This document shows, in pieces, positions 27,628 to 35,695 of a stretch of DNA of 64,000 nt (positions are counted from its first letter, which is position 1; each line of letters opens with the position of its first letter). The position numbers and the translations under genes were made by a program. Origin of the DNA: a virus; the IMG/VR virus record IMGVR_UViG_3300021961_000021, one strand, 5' to 3'. Under the pieces are notes generated by a model. That model saw only the letters and a program-made list of their open reading frames with translations, did not search any database and had not been told where the DNA came from.

Positions 27628-27743
27628 TTATTTTTTTCTTTTGATTTGTTGTAGATAATGATTTCTTCACCATTGTGGGTGAATACTAATTCGTCATCGT
27701 GCCCCCAGCAGAGTTCTCCATATAGGGCATTTAGTTTTGCCAT
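27624..27743 (-). CDS. Small protein (39 aa), possibly AbrB-like
   Basis: MAKLNALYGELCWGHDDELVFTHNGEEIIIYNKSKEKNK; L.W...D.L.F....III pattern. Confidence 0.45.
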   Translation of the reverse strand: MAKLNALYGELCWGHDDELVFTHNGEEIIIYNKSKEKNK

Positions 27744-27759
27744 ATCCTCATATAACTGA

Positions 27760-28284
27760 TCAGGATTTGGCATAACCAGTCTTTAGATAATCAAGGACTG
27801 TCATAGGATCACTAACCTCGTAAGGATCTGAGGGGCAGTTGCCAACCTTGCCAGGTTCAACAAACATTTGTTCGATCTCACCATTGTTCACAACCATTGC
27901 ATATCGCCAAGAACGATACCCAAATCCAAGATTAACCTTGGCAACTGACATACCCATAGAGTAAGTAAAGTCACCGCTGCCATCAGGCAATGCCTTAACC
28001 TTTTCAATACCTTGATCTTTGAACCAGGCATTCATAACAAAGCTGTCGTTAACAGACAGGCAATAAATATCGTCAATGCCCAGTGAAATGAAGTCATCGT
28101 AATACTCCTCGTATCCAGGGAGTTGAAATGAACTACAGGTGGGAGTGAAAGCACCAGGAAGTGCAAACACAACTACTCGTTTGTTATCAAAAATCTCAGA
28201 CGTAGTGAGATCTTTCCAATAATACGATCCAATAACTTCGTCGTGTTGACGAGTCTTAAAAGTAACTTCAGGAACTCTGGTCAT
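27760..28284 (-). CDS. Peroxiredoxin (Prx5/type II)
   Basis: FALPGAFTPTCS, SVNDSFVMNAW and RSWRYAMVV. Confidence 0.93.
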   Translation of the reverse strand: MTRVPEVTFKTRQHDEVIGSYYWKDLTTSEIFDNKRVVVFALPGAFTPTCSSFQLPGYEEYYDDFISLGIDDIYCLSVNDSFVMNAWFKDQGIEKVKALPDGSGDFTYSMGMSVAKVNLGFGYRSWRYAMVVNNGEIEQMFVEPGKVGNCPSDPYEVSDPMTVLDYLKTGYAKS

Positions 28285-28510
28285 TAGTAGCTTGAGATGG
28301 AATAACAGGGTTGCGAGAGCGATTCTTAATTACGATGAACGCATCGTTCTGATATCGAATCTCGCCAAATGGAGGTGCCCATTTAGGGTTTGCCCCCTCA
28401 GTTTGGTGGATGCCACTTGTAGAGACTCCACCAATTTCAACTCGGATGTCATCATCTTTTGTCCATCCGAGATTCATCATTGTTTTTACAATCTGATCTT
28501 CAATTGTCAC
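28268..28510 (-). CDS. Conserved hypothetical protein
   Basis: V.IGG...SGI......N.KW..P.G...[11 protein letters not shown] motif. Confidence 0.6.
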   Translation of the reverse strand: MTIEDQIVKTMMNLGWTKDDDIRVEIGGVSTSGIHQTEGANPKWAPPFGEIRYQNDAFIVIKNRSRNPVIPSQATNDQSS

Positions 28511-28797
28511 AGGTTCTCTTCCTGCTCAGTCAGAATCACCACATCGCTAGTGGGATAAGCAACACAGGTGAGGAGATATCCATCAGCAATTTGCTCATCA
28601 TCAAGGAAGGATTGTTCTTCATTGTCCACAGTGCCGCTGATCAATCGACCAGCACAAGTTGAGCAAGCACCTGCACGGCAGGAGTAGGGGAGATCCACTC
28701 CTGCTTCTTCTGCTGCTTCCAGAATATACTGATCAGGAGCACACACAAAGGTGGTCTCGGTGCCGTCAGTTAGTTGAAGCGTAACGTTGTATGCCAT
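28507..28797 (-). CDS. petF: Plant-type [2Fe-2S] ferredoxin
   Basis: [22 protein letters not shown] and [10 protein letters not shown]. Confidence 0.97.
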   Translation of the reverse strand: MAYNVTLQLTDGTETTFVCAPDQYILEAAEEAGVDLPYSCRAGACSTCAGRLISGTVDNEEQSFLDDEQIADGYLLTCVAYPTSDVVILTEQEENL

Positions 28798-28883
28798 TAA
28801 TAAGTCTCACAAACTTTTTCTACTGATGCTGCCAACAAAACGAAGAAGGCAACAGATGTGATTGTAAAGATAATCGAAGTCAT
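28797..28883 (-). CDS. Single-TM micro-peptide (28 aa)
   Basis: [28 protein letters not shown]. Stop overlaps the petF start. Confidence 0.55.
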   Translation of the reverse strand: MTSIIFTITSVAFFVLLAASVEKVCETY

Positions 28884-28896
28884 TGTCAACTATTTG

Positions 28897-29106
28897 TCAG
28901 AGGATCCCGAAGAAGAGTTTGCCAGTGAGAGCATAAGAAAGAGCCCCAGCAATAATACCGACCATTGCCCAGCGCCCATTTGCTTTCTCCGCTTTTACAG
29001 CATAAGGTTCAATGCCATAGCGTTCCAAATCTTCAGCAGTCATATACATCGAAGGTTCTTTAGCAAACATATTCATTTGCCCGAACTCATTTTTTGTAAC
29101 AGTCAT
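28897..29106 (-). CDS. hli: High-light inducible protein with MFAKEP N-terminal extension
   Basis: NMFAKEPSMY...AEKANGRWAMVG...TG. Start placed at MTVTK, downstream of the promoter. Confidence 0.9.
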   Translation of the reverse strand: MTVTKNEFGQMNMFAKEPSMYMTAEDLERYGIEPYAVKAEKANGRWAMVGIIAGALSYALTGKLFFGIL

Positions 29107-29110
29107 TGTC

Positions 29111-29160
29111 TTTGTAACGAATTGCAACATAAGTATATATACTTTGTTAAGAAATGTCAA
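29111..29160 (-). promoter_or_regulatory. sigma70 promoter of hli with two HLR1(RpaB)-like direct-repeat boxes
   Basis: TTGACA(29155-60)-17-TATACT(29132-37). TTGACATT-TC-TTAACAAA over the -35 and GTTGCAAT-TC-GTTACAAA at the start site. Confidence 0.7.
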
Positions 29161-29183
29161 GACCTTTTGTTTTGAAATCCTGA

Positions 29184-29435
29184 TCAATTGTAGTGGCGAT
29201 AGGCACCTACTTCAGGATCAGGGTCCAACCATTTTGCATACTCGGGGTCCTCAATCGCAGTCTGCAACTGCATTTCATTGTCGCAAAGGTACATATCAGC
29301 ATACCGTTTTGTCCATTCATTAAATTTTTGAATCCGACAATCGGGTTTGCCGTTAATCTCCAGGGTTCCACACGTCACAAAACGGTAGGGATACCGCTCT
29401 AGAAGGACAACTGGTTTCATAGAATCCTCAATCAC
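29184..29435 (-). CDS. Conserved cyanophage hypothetical protein
   Basis: LLER.PYRFV..G.LE.NG.PD.RIQK...MYLCDNEMQ...WLDPD. Confidence 0.7.
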   Translation of the reverse strand: MIEDSMKPVVLLERYPYRFVTCGTLEINGKPDCRIQKFNEWTKRYADMYLCDNEMQLQTAIEDPEYAKWLDPDPEVGAYRHYN

Positions 29436-29452
29436 TCTTAAACTATAGCATT

Positions 29453-29477
29453 AAAAAAGGACCCACATAGGGTCCTT
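29453..29477 (-). terminator. Rho-independent terminator
   Basis: AAGGACCC-TATGT-GGGTCCTT followed by a T run. Confidence 0.75.
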
Positions 29478-29510
29478 GTGACAGTTCAAGGTTTGGCTCC
29501 ACCAGGAGTA

Positions 29511-29711
29511 TTAAACTCCATATCCAATATCAGAAGCGAGGTGGTCGAGGAAGATTTCGTAATCTTCATCTGGGTCTCCAAAGAATTGGACCCCTACGGA
29601 TTCATAAAAACGAAATAGTTTCTTGAACAGGGATGGGTTTTCCTGATCAAGTGGAATGTCACCGTGGACGACCTGTTTAAGGTAACCGTAATCTGTTTGA
29701 CTGATAGGCAT
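29511..29711 (-). CDS. Conserved small hypothetical protein
   Basis: LD.ENP.LFKKL.RFY...GVQF.GDP.EDY motif. Confidence 0.65.
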   Translation of the reverse strand: MPISQTDYGYLKQVVHGDIPLDQENPSLFKKLFRFYESVGVQFFGDPDEDYEIFLDHLASDIGYGV

Positions 29712-29757
29712 AAGAATACCTCACTTCTATAGACTAGACGTATATCCCCTAAGGGAA

Positions 29758-29830
29758 CGGGTCAGGTAGGGATCGAACCTACGACCGACTGCTTAGAAGG
29801 CAGTTGCTCTATCCACTGAGCTACTGACCC
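29758..29830 (-). tRNA. trnR: tRNA-Arg(TCT)
   Basis: GGGTCAG/CTGACCC acceptor, TAGCTCAGTGGATAGAGC D-arm, anticodon loop CTTCTAA, GGTTCGATCCC T-arm. 73 nt, no CCA. Confidence 0.95.
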
Positions 29831-29836
29831 AAGTAG

Positions 29837-29986
29837 TCACGTCATATCTACCATATATTGACGGATGGTTTCTGCTAGTTCTTCGGCACGATAATGTTCG
29901 TTATCGTTTACATAGTCGTGTAGTTGATCAATCATAATTTCAAGTGCTTGGTTAATGTCTTCAATGAATTCATTGTCCCAATCCAT
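29837..29986 (-). CDS. Small hypothetical protein
   Basis: MDWDNEFIEDINQALEIMIDQLHDY... acidic helical peptide. Confidence 0.45.
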   Translation of the reverse strand: MDWDNEFIEDINQALEIMIDQLHDYVNDNEHYRAEELAETIRQYMVDMT

Positions 29987-30038
29987 TTTGGTCACCCATC
30001 GATTACTTGTTAAGTATATAGCAACTGTTAAGGTGATG

Positions 30039-30482
30039 TCAAGTGTTCGGGTAGTAGTCTTTTCTATAATACCTGCCAAGAATATTACTGTTGTAATAGG
30101 CAGGAGCACCATTCAAAGATTCAGTGAGTACATTGTTGAGAAACAATTGCCGTGTCTCTTCATAATTGGTTTTGCCAGGTGTGAGGTGGAGGGAAAGAAT
30201 CTCCCTCCTAAAGTTTTCTTTACCAAATAATTTGATGTCGTCTTTTAGTTCTGGGCAAGATCCATAATACTTTTTCCAATCAGACTCTAGTGTTTTCCGT
30301 CGCTTTTCCCCTTTAGGTTTTCGATGAGACCAGAAATACTTTCTGCCAATGTACGATTTTCCTGTTGTGATATTGGTAATCTTATAAACAAACCCATAGT
30401 GATTCCCAATACACTCGCTAGTAAAATTCTGGTCATTATATAACCAAGGGTTTTCATAATCAGTCTGCCTCTCCATCGTCAT
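30039..30482 (-). CDS. GIY-YIG endonuclease (T4 endonuclease II/Seg-like)
   Basis: GFVYKITN...SYIGRK, WKKYYGS and F.REIL. Confidence 0.85.
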   Translation of the reverse strand: MTMERQTDYENPWLYNDQNFTSECIGNHYGFVYKITNITTGKSYIGRKYFWSHRKPKGEKRRKTLESDWKKYYGSCPELKDDIKLFGKENFRREILSLHLTPGKTNYEETRQLFLNNVLTESLNGAPAYYNSNILGRYYRKDYYPNT

Positions 30483-30609
30483 CTTCTACCTGAATACCAC
30501 TCACAATGTCTTGAAGGTATTTAGATGGATCGGAATATACTTCCGATTCCAGTTCATCCACGATACGACGAAGATCTGCAATCAATAATCTCAGTTTAAA
30601 GTGATCCAT
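30460..30609 (-). CDS. Conserved small protein (49 aa)
   Basis: Hand-translated MDHFKLRLLIADLRRIVDELESEVYSDPSKY..., cyanophage-type LESEVYSD motif. Confidence 0.6.
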   Translation of the reverse strand: MDHFKLRLLIADLRRIVDELESEVYSDPSKYLQDIVSGIQVEDDDGEAD

Positions 30610-31267
30610 CGTTTAACTCCAGATTAAGAGATTCCCAGTCACGCTGAAACAACTGGAGTCCACTATCGGTCAACGTGTGATCATACATCTTCCAGAAGAC
30701 ATCAAGAGGTACAGTGCATATATCAGCACCTGCTCCAAATGCTTTAACGACATCAGGGGCAGACCGTATAGAGGCAGCAAGAATCTCTGTCTGTACATCG
30801 TGCATCTCGTAGATAGTGTTAATCTCTCGTACCAAACCGATACCGTCCCAATACTGATCGTGTAGACGACCAACAAACGGACTAACGTAGGTAGCACCAG
30901 CCTTAGCAGCAAGAATCGCCTGAGCTGCTGAAAAAATAAGCGTGACATTGGTTTTGATTCCATCCTGTGCTAAGTCTGCACAAGCCAATAGTCCTTGTCT
31001 AGTGCAAGGTAATTTAATTGTAACATTTGGGGCAATCTGATAATAATCGACTGCCATATCCAACATTTCTTCTGCAGTATCTCCCATAACTTCGGCAGAT
31101 ACTGATGCGGTCCAAGAAAATAGTTCGGAAATTCTGTAAATAACGTCTATAGGATCCTGTCCCTGTCTTGCCATCAGTGTTGGGTTTGTGGTAACACCGT
31201 CAACAAGACCAGTTTCTATAGCGGATTTAATTACGTCAGGATCGGAACTATCGAGAAACAGTTTCAT
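30596..31267 (-). CDS. talC: Transaldolase TalC
   Basis: MKLFLDS, GVTTNPTL, IKLP, TNVTLIFS, YVSPFVGRL and LAASIR. Confidence 0.96.
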   Translation of the reverse strand: MKLFLDSSDPDVIKSAIETGLVDGVTTNPTLMARQGQDPIDVIYRISELFSWTASVSAEVMGDTAEEMLDMAVDYYQIAPNVTIKLPCTRQGLLACADLAQDGIKTNVTLIFSAAQAILAAKAGATYVSPFVGRLHDQYWDGIGLVREINTIYEMHDVQTEILAASIRSAPDVVKAFGAGADICTVPLDVFWKMYDHTLTDSGLQLFQRDWESLNLELNDGSL

Positions 31268-31306
31268 CGGTCTTTGTCCTACTGATCTACGAGTATTTAT
31301 CCGCAC

Positions 31307-31337
31307 AAAAAAAGAGACTCACTTATGTGTGAGTCTC
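31307..31337 (-). terminator. Terminator after DUF4278 gene
   Basis: GAGACTCAC-ACATAA-GTGAGTCTC followed by T7. Confidence 0.85.
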
Positions 31338-31344
31338 ATAACGT

Positions 31345-31494
31345 TCATTTAACTTGCTTACTGGGTTCGTAATGCCTTACATACTTAATGCCACGATAAA
31401 TTTCTTCGCGCCATTGTTCTTGCATTGTTTCAAACTTCGCTTTACGAAGTTCTTCGGTGTCATATTGAGCACCACGATAAACTACCTTAGACAT
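31345..31494 (-). CDS. DUF4278-type peptide (49 aa)
   Basis: Hand-translated MSKVVYRGAQYDTEELRKAKFETMQEQWREEIYRGIKYVRHYEPSKQVK. Two YRG motifs, AGGAG SD. Confidence 0.85.
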   Translation of the reverse strand: MSKVVYRGAQYDTEELRKAKFETMQEQWREEIYRGIKYVRHYEPSKQVK

Positions 31495-31525
31495 AAGATT
31501 AACTCCTAAAGAAATGAGATGGTTA

Positions 31526-31565
31526 GTCCCGTTCCTTCAGTCGGCTTTTGCGTCTACGAAACAAC
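31526..31565 (-). ncRNA. Second, degenerate glutamine-II-like aptamer overlapping the end of the upstream peptide ORF
   Basis: TGTTTC-GTAGA-CGCAAAAGCCGACTGAAGGAACGGGAC. Same CGCA/GCCGAC/GGAACGGGAC core as the copy at 31701, but P2 nearly absent. Confidence 0.55.
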
Positions 31566-31692
31566 TTTTCTTTGTGACTTGCTTAACCTCCCACACAAGA
31601 TCATTCTTTTGTTGGTCGGTGACAATTTGACTGGCATTGATTCTACTAATGAGAAGTTGTGCCTGTAAGCAAGTTAAGAAAATCTGTTCCAT
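31537..31692 (-). CDS. Riboswitch-downstream peptide (51 aa)
   Basis: Hand-translated MEQIFLTCLQAQLLISRINASQIVTDQQKNDLVWEVKQVTKKSCFVDAKAD. Confidence 0.65.
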   Translation of the reverse strand: MEQIFLTCLQAQLLISRINASQIVTDQQKNDLVWEVKQVTKKSCFVDAKAD

Positions 31693-31700
31693 AGATGAAC

Positions 31701-31755
31701 GTCCCGTTCCGAGTCGGCTTACTTGCGTTCGCTATTTGGAAATAGCGAATGAACG
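31701..31755 (-). ncRNA. Glutamine-II (Downstream-peptide) riboswitch
   Basis: CGTTCA-[TTCGCTATTT CC AAATAGCGAA]-CGCAAGTAAGCCGACTC-GGAACGGGAC. P1 CGTTC/GGAACG and P2 hairpin. Linked to a DUF4278 gene. Confidence 0.8.
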
Positions 31756-31858
31756 ATAATACTATTTAGTTTTTCTCTTTTTGTTTTTGTGTTTTCTCCT
31801 TTGACAGGGTTTAGTTTTATTAAGATCATTCTTGAGTTGCCTCAAGAATCTGATGTGT

Positions 31859-32023
31859 TTACGAGTCTCTTTTGGATCTAGCATAATCATTTTTCATTGC
31901 AGACAATGCCCAGGCATCAGTCAGTTTCTTCGGTCCTTCGTTCAACAACTGGATTTGAAATGCTGATAGACCAGCCTTCCTCTCCAAATACTCCTGTCTC
32001 CACGACTGTGGGTTCTGGTTGTG
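31859..32023 (-). CDS. Conserved small cyanophage protein
   Basis: SWRQEYL...LS..QI.LL..GP..L..AWAL.AMK.DY motif. Start approximate. Confidence 0.55.
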   Translation of the reverse strand, partial: HNQNPQSWRQEYLERKAGLSAFQIQLLNEGPKKLTDAWALSAMKNDYARSKRDS

Positions 32024-32297
32024 CATCTTCTTGTTCCCATTGTTGTTTAATCTGTTCTGCTTGACGATCAACGTCACGCATAGTTGCTTCAACTTTAGCA
32101 TCAATATACCACTTCTCAACATAGGAGAAAAGATATTCCAAGATGATATTAAGAGGCGGTTTTTGTTTTTTAATCCACCTCTTAATCTTCTGTAGTTCTG
32201 TTTCCTTTTCTGGATCGAGAACTACATTAAATTCAAAGTTGAAATCCTGCGAAGGTGTCTCCTGTGACATCTTGTTTAATGCCTCCAACGACATACG
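31917..32297 (-). CDS. Hypothetical protein
   Basis: ETELQKIKRWIKKQKPPLN...VEKWY. Overlaps nrdB and the downstream ORF. Confidence 0.5.
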   Translation of the reverse strand, partial: RMSLEALNKMSQETPSQDFNFEFNVVLDPEKETELQKIKRWIKKQKPPLNIILEYLFSYVEKWYIDAKVEATMRDVDRQAEQIKQQWEQEDAQPEPTVVETGVFGEEGWSISISNPVVERRTEETD

Positions 32298-33396
32298 ATT
32301 CGATCTCAGTTTCTTGGGGAGCATTCTGTTGCCCCTTGCTGTTCAACCAATACTCTGTCCAAGGGAGAGGATTGTTCTTGGCAGCAATGTCATAGATAGG
32401 ATCAATACCAACTGCCTTCATTCGACGATTAGCGACCCACTCAACATACTGACCAAGAAGTTTAGCATTAAGACCAATCATAGATCCGTCTTTGAATAGA
32501 TACTCTGCCCAACGCTTCTCCTCTTCAACACATTCCTTATACATTTGAATTACGTTTTCACGTTCTTCCTCAATGATACGGATCATCACGGGGTCATCAC
32601 CCTGTGCCCACTTGTTCAGAATATTTTGAGTAAGGACAAGATGTTGGCTTTCGTCTCTGGCGATGAGAGAGATAATTTTAGCGGATCCTTCCATAAGTTT
32701 GAGTTCACCAAACGCAAACGAGCAAGCGAACGATACATAGAATCGGATACCTTCAAGGATGTTGACGTTAACAACTGCGCGATAGAGTTTTCTTTTGAGT
32801 TCATAGAGTGTCTCCTGAGCGGCTGGTGTACCTTCTAGATAGTGCTGCCATTGATTACCGCTACCCCATTCTTGAGCAGCGTTAATGAATTCATCATAAG
32901 CTGCGGTTACAGATTTTGCACGGTTTATGATGTTTTCATCACCAAGAATCGTATCAAAAACTTCTGATGGGTTGCTATACACATTCTTAATAATGTATGT
33001 GTAAGACTTACTATGAATCATCTCAAAGAATTCCCAAGCGATCATCGCAGATTCCAGTTCTGGCAGAGAACACCAGGGAATAAATGCGAGACCAGGACCA
33101 CGACCCTGAATCGAATCAAGAAGAATCTGATACCTCAAATTGGAAGTAAAGATATGCCTCTGAGTTTCACTAAGACTATGATAATCTGCACGATCCTTCT
33201 GCAGAGATACCTCTTCAGGTCTCCAGAAATATCCCATCTGAGTGGTGGTTAGTTTATCGAACACTGGATACTTAGCACCATCGTATCTCTGGACCCCCAG
33301 AGGAGGTCCGAAAAACATTGGTACTTTATTCGTATCAACTGCGTTCTGATTGAACACCGTAACGCCATCAATAGGTTTAGACTTTGCAACTGTCAC
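32233..33396 (-). CDS. nrdB: Ribonucleotide reductase class Ia beta subunit
   Basis: FWRPEEV, LDSIQGR, E.IHS.SY, LEGIRFYVSF, IARDE..H and APQETE. GTG start assumed. Confidence 0.96.
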   Translation of the reverse strand: MTVAKSKPIDGVTVFNQNAVDTNKVPMFFGPPLGVQRYDGAKYPVFDKLTTTQMGYFWRPEEVSLQKDRADYHSLSETQRHIFTSNLRYQILLDSIQGRGPGLAFIPWCSLPELESAMIAWEFFEMIHSKSYTYIIKNVYSNPSEVFDTILGDENIINRAKSVTAAYDEFINAAQEWGSGNQWQHYLEGTPAAQETLYELKRKLYRAVVNVNILEGIRFYVSFACSFAFGELKLMEGSAKIISLIARDESQHLVLTQNILNKWAQGDDPVMIRIIEEERENVIQMYKECVEEEKRWAEYLFKDGSMIGLNAKLLGQYVEWVANRRMKAVGIDPIYDIAAKNNPLPWTEYWLNSKGQQNAPQETEIESYVVGGIKQDVTGDTFAGFQL

Positions 33397-35695
33397 AATC
33401 TTCTTCCTCCTGTGATTCGATTTCATCAAGTAACTGTTGGATGCGAATTGCATCTCGGATGTTCTGTTCTACATCTGCGTCTCCATCAGTTTTACGATCG
33501 TAAGTGTTCTGATAATAAGATGTCTTCCACCCGTACTTATAAGTTGTAAGTAGGTCTTGTGCCATAACAGAAACTGGAACCTCATCATTGGGATAGTTCT
33601 CTGGATTATAGGACCAGTTGCCACTGATTGCCTGATCAAAGAACTTCTGCATCACTGCAGTAACTTTAATGTATCCATCATTAGATTGCATATCCCAGAG
33701 CAGAGTGTACTTGTTCTTCAGGTGTGGATACCCAGGAACAATCTGCTTAAGAGGTCCCTTCTTGGATTTCTTAACGGACAAGAAATCTCTAGGAGGTTCG
33801 ATTCCATTGGTTGCGTTTGACACAACGGAACTGCTCTCTGAAGGCATCTGTGCGGACAGTGTTGAGTTCCGTAGACCGTGCTCCAGGATAGATGCTCTAA
33901 GAGTTTCCCAATCATAGAAATATGCAGGTGCTACCAACTCATCAACGTCCTTCTTATATGTATCGATGGGCAGAATGCCATCAGCATACTTGGTACGATT
34001 GAAGTATCCACAGGCACCTTTCTCTTTAGCAAGTTGATTAGATGCTTTGAGAAGGTTGTATTGGAATGCTTCAGTGAGTTTATGTACCTCAGTAAGGGCA
34101 TAAACATCATCATACTTTGCACCGATCTTAGCAAGGTAATGTGCCAGACCGATGTACCCAATACCCAAGGAACGACGATTCTTAGTGCTAATCTCTGCAG
34201 CAGAAATAGGATATCGCTGATAATCAATCAGTTCATCCAGACCACGAACAGCAAGATCACAAAGGTTCTCAAGTTCCTCAAGAGACTTCAGTTTACCGAC
34301 GTTAATTGCAGAGAGAATACACAGAGCAATCTCACCATCACCATCGATATGTTCCAGAGGATCTGTTGGAAGAGTGATCTCCTGACACAGGTTGGACATA
34401 TTCACTTTGTCCTTAAAGGACGAGTGAGAATTGCAGTGGTCGATATTCATAATGTAGATACGACCAGTCTCTGCACGTTCCTTCAGCAGGTCCAGGATGA
34501 GTTCCTGAGCACTAATAGATTTCTTGGGGATGGTTGGGTCTGCTTCGTACTTGGTGTACAGAGCATCAAAATCATCAGTGCCAAAAGCGGCGTAAAGACC
34601 AGGGACATCGTGAGGGCTGAAAAGATGCATAGATTCATTCTTGATGAATCGTTCGTAGAAGATCTTGCTGATCTGTATGCTGTAATCAAGTTTCCTAACA
34701 CGGTTATCCTCTGTACCTTTGTTGTTCTTTAGAACGATGATGTCTTCGATTTCTTGGTGCCAGATTGGGAAGTGGACCGTTGCGGATCCGCCCCGTATGC
34801 CATTCTGAGTGCAGCATCGGACAGTTGACTCAAACTTTTTGAGAAATGGTACAACACCTGTGTGCTGAACCTCCCCGCCCCTGATCTTGCTGTTGATGCC
34901 ACGGATTCTACCTGCGTTGATACCGATGCCCGCCCTTTGTGCAACGTATCTGCCAATAGCCATATCAGAGCTAAAGATACTATCGAGGGTGTCATCAACA
35001 TCAACAAGAACACAGCTAGCAAATTGTCTAAGCGGTGTTCGTACTCCTGCCAACACTGGTGTTGGGACGTTGATTTTTCCTTTACTTGTTGCTGTGTAGT
35101 ATCGTCTGACATAATCGAGCCTTGTCTCTTGAGGATAGTCTTGGAAGAGAGTTGCAGCGACCATAATGTACATATACTGTGGCGTCTCATACAGACGACC
35201 AGTGCTACGGTCCTGCACCAAATACTTATCAACGATCTGACGAAGACCTGCATAGGTAAATCCCATACAGCGATCGTGATCGATATAACCGTTCAGGGTA
35301 TCCCACTCCTCAGTAGTATATTTGTCGAGGATTCCAGGGTCATATACCCCCTTCTCAATGCAATTTGTGACGTGAGTCCTCAGTGGGATATAACCACTAA
35401 CATTCCATTTAGGGAATACTTGTTTACGAATACTGAACAGAAGTAGCCTTGCGGCTACATATTGGTAGTTTGGGTTGTCTAGAGTTATCAAATCACTAGC
35501 AGATCTAATCAGGATATCCTGAATCTCAGATGATTTAATGCCATCAAAGAACTGAAGATTTGCATTCATCTCTACCTGAGAGACGCTAACACCCGCGAGA
35601 CCATCACAGGCAAACTCAACCATAGCGTGAATCTTATCTAGGTTGAGAGGTTCGGTTGTACCGTTCCTTTTAATAACATTCATACTTTCTTCCAT
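33377..35695 (-). CDS. nrdA: Ribonucleotide reductase class Ia alpha subunit, no intein or intron
   Basis: ATP-cone VIKRNG, ASCVL, SNLCQEI, CILSA, MPSESSS and WKTSYY. Confidence 0.98.
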   Translation of the reverse strand: MEESMNVIKRNGTTEPLNLDKIHAMVEFACDGLAGVSVSQVEMNANLQFFDGIKSSEIQDILIRSASDLITLDNPNYQYVAARLLLFSIRKQVFPKWNVSGYIPLRTHVTNCIEKGVYDPGILDKYTTEEWDTLNGYIDHDRCMGFTYAGLRQIVDKYLVQDRSTGRLYETPQYMYIMVAATLFQDYPQETRLDYVRRYYTATSKGKINVPTPVLAGVRTPLRQFASCVLVDVDDTLDSIFSSDMAIGRYVAQRAGIGINAGRIRGINSKIRGGEVQHTGVVPFLKKFESTVRCCTQNGIRGGSATVHFPIWHQEIEDIIVLKNNKGTEDNRVRKLDYSIQISKIFYERFIKNESMHLFSPHDVPGLYAAFGTDDFDALYTKYEADPTIPKKSISAQELILDLLKERAETGRIYIMNIDHCNSHSSFKDKVNMSNLCQEITLPTDPLEHIDGDGEIALCILSAINVGKLKSLEELENLCDLAVRGLDELIDYQRYPISAAEISTKNRRSLGIGYIGLAHYLAKIGAKYDDVYALTEVHKLTEAFQYNLLKASNQLAKEKGACGYFNRTKYADGILPIDTYKKDVDELVAPAYFYDWETLRASILEHGLRNSTLSAQMPSESSSVVSNATNGIEPPRDFLSVKKSKKGPLKQIVPGYPHLKNKYTLLWDMQSNDGYIKVTAVMQKFFDQAISGNWSYNPENYPNDEVPVSVMAQDLLTTYKYGWKTSYYQNTYDRKTDGDADVEQNIRDAIRIQQLLDEIESQEEEDCDSCKV

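Noticed and set aside
30039-30482. Mobile homing endonuclease
   Set aside because: Short single GIY-YIG domain with no DNA-binding extension, in a position I recall as typical of the conserved endonuclease II-like gene; not called mobile.
31801-31826. Plus-strand sigma70 promoter antisense to the nrdB-downstream genes
   Set aside because: TTGACA is present but no acceptable -10 at 16-18 nt spacing.
33878-35446. Long plus-strand ORFs opposite nrdA, and similar ones at 40120-41208, 43793-44506 and 23980-24321
   Set aside because: Antisense shadows of real genes caused by codon bias; no SD, promoter or recognisable motifs.
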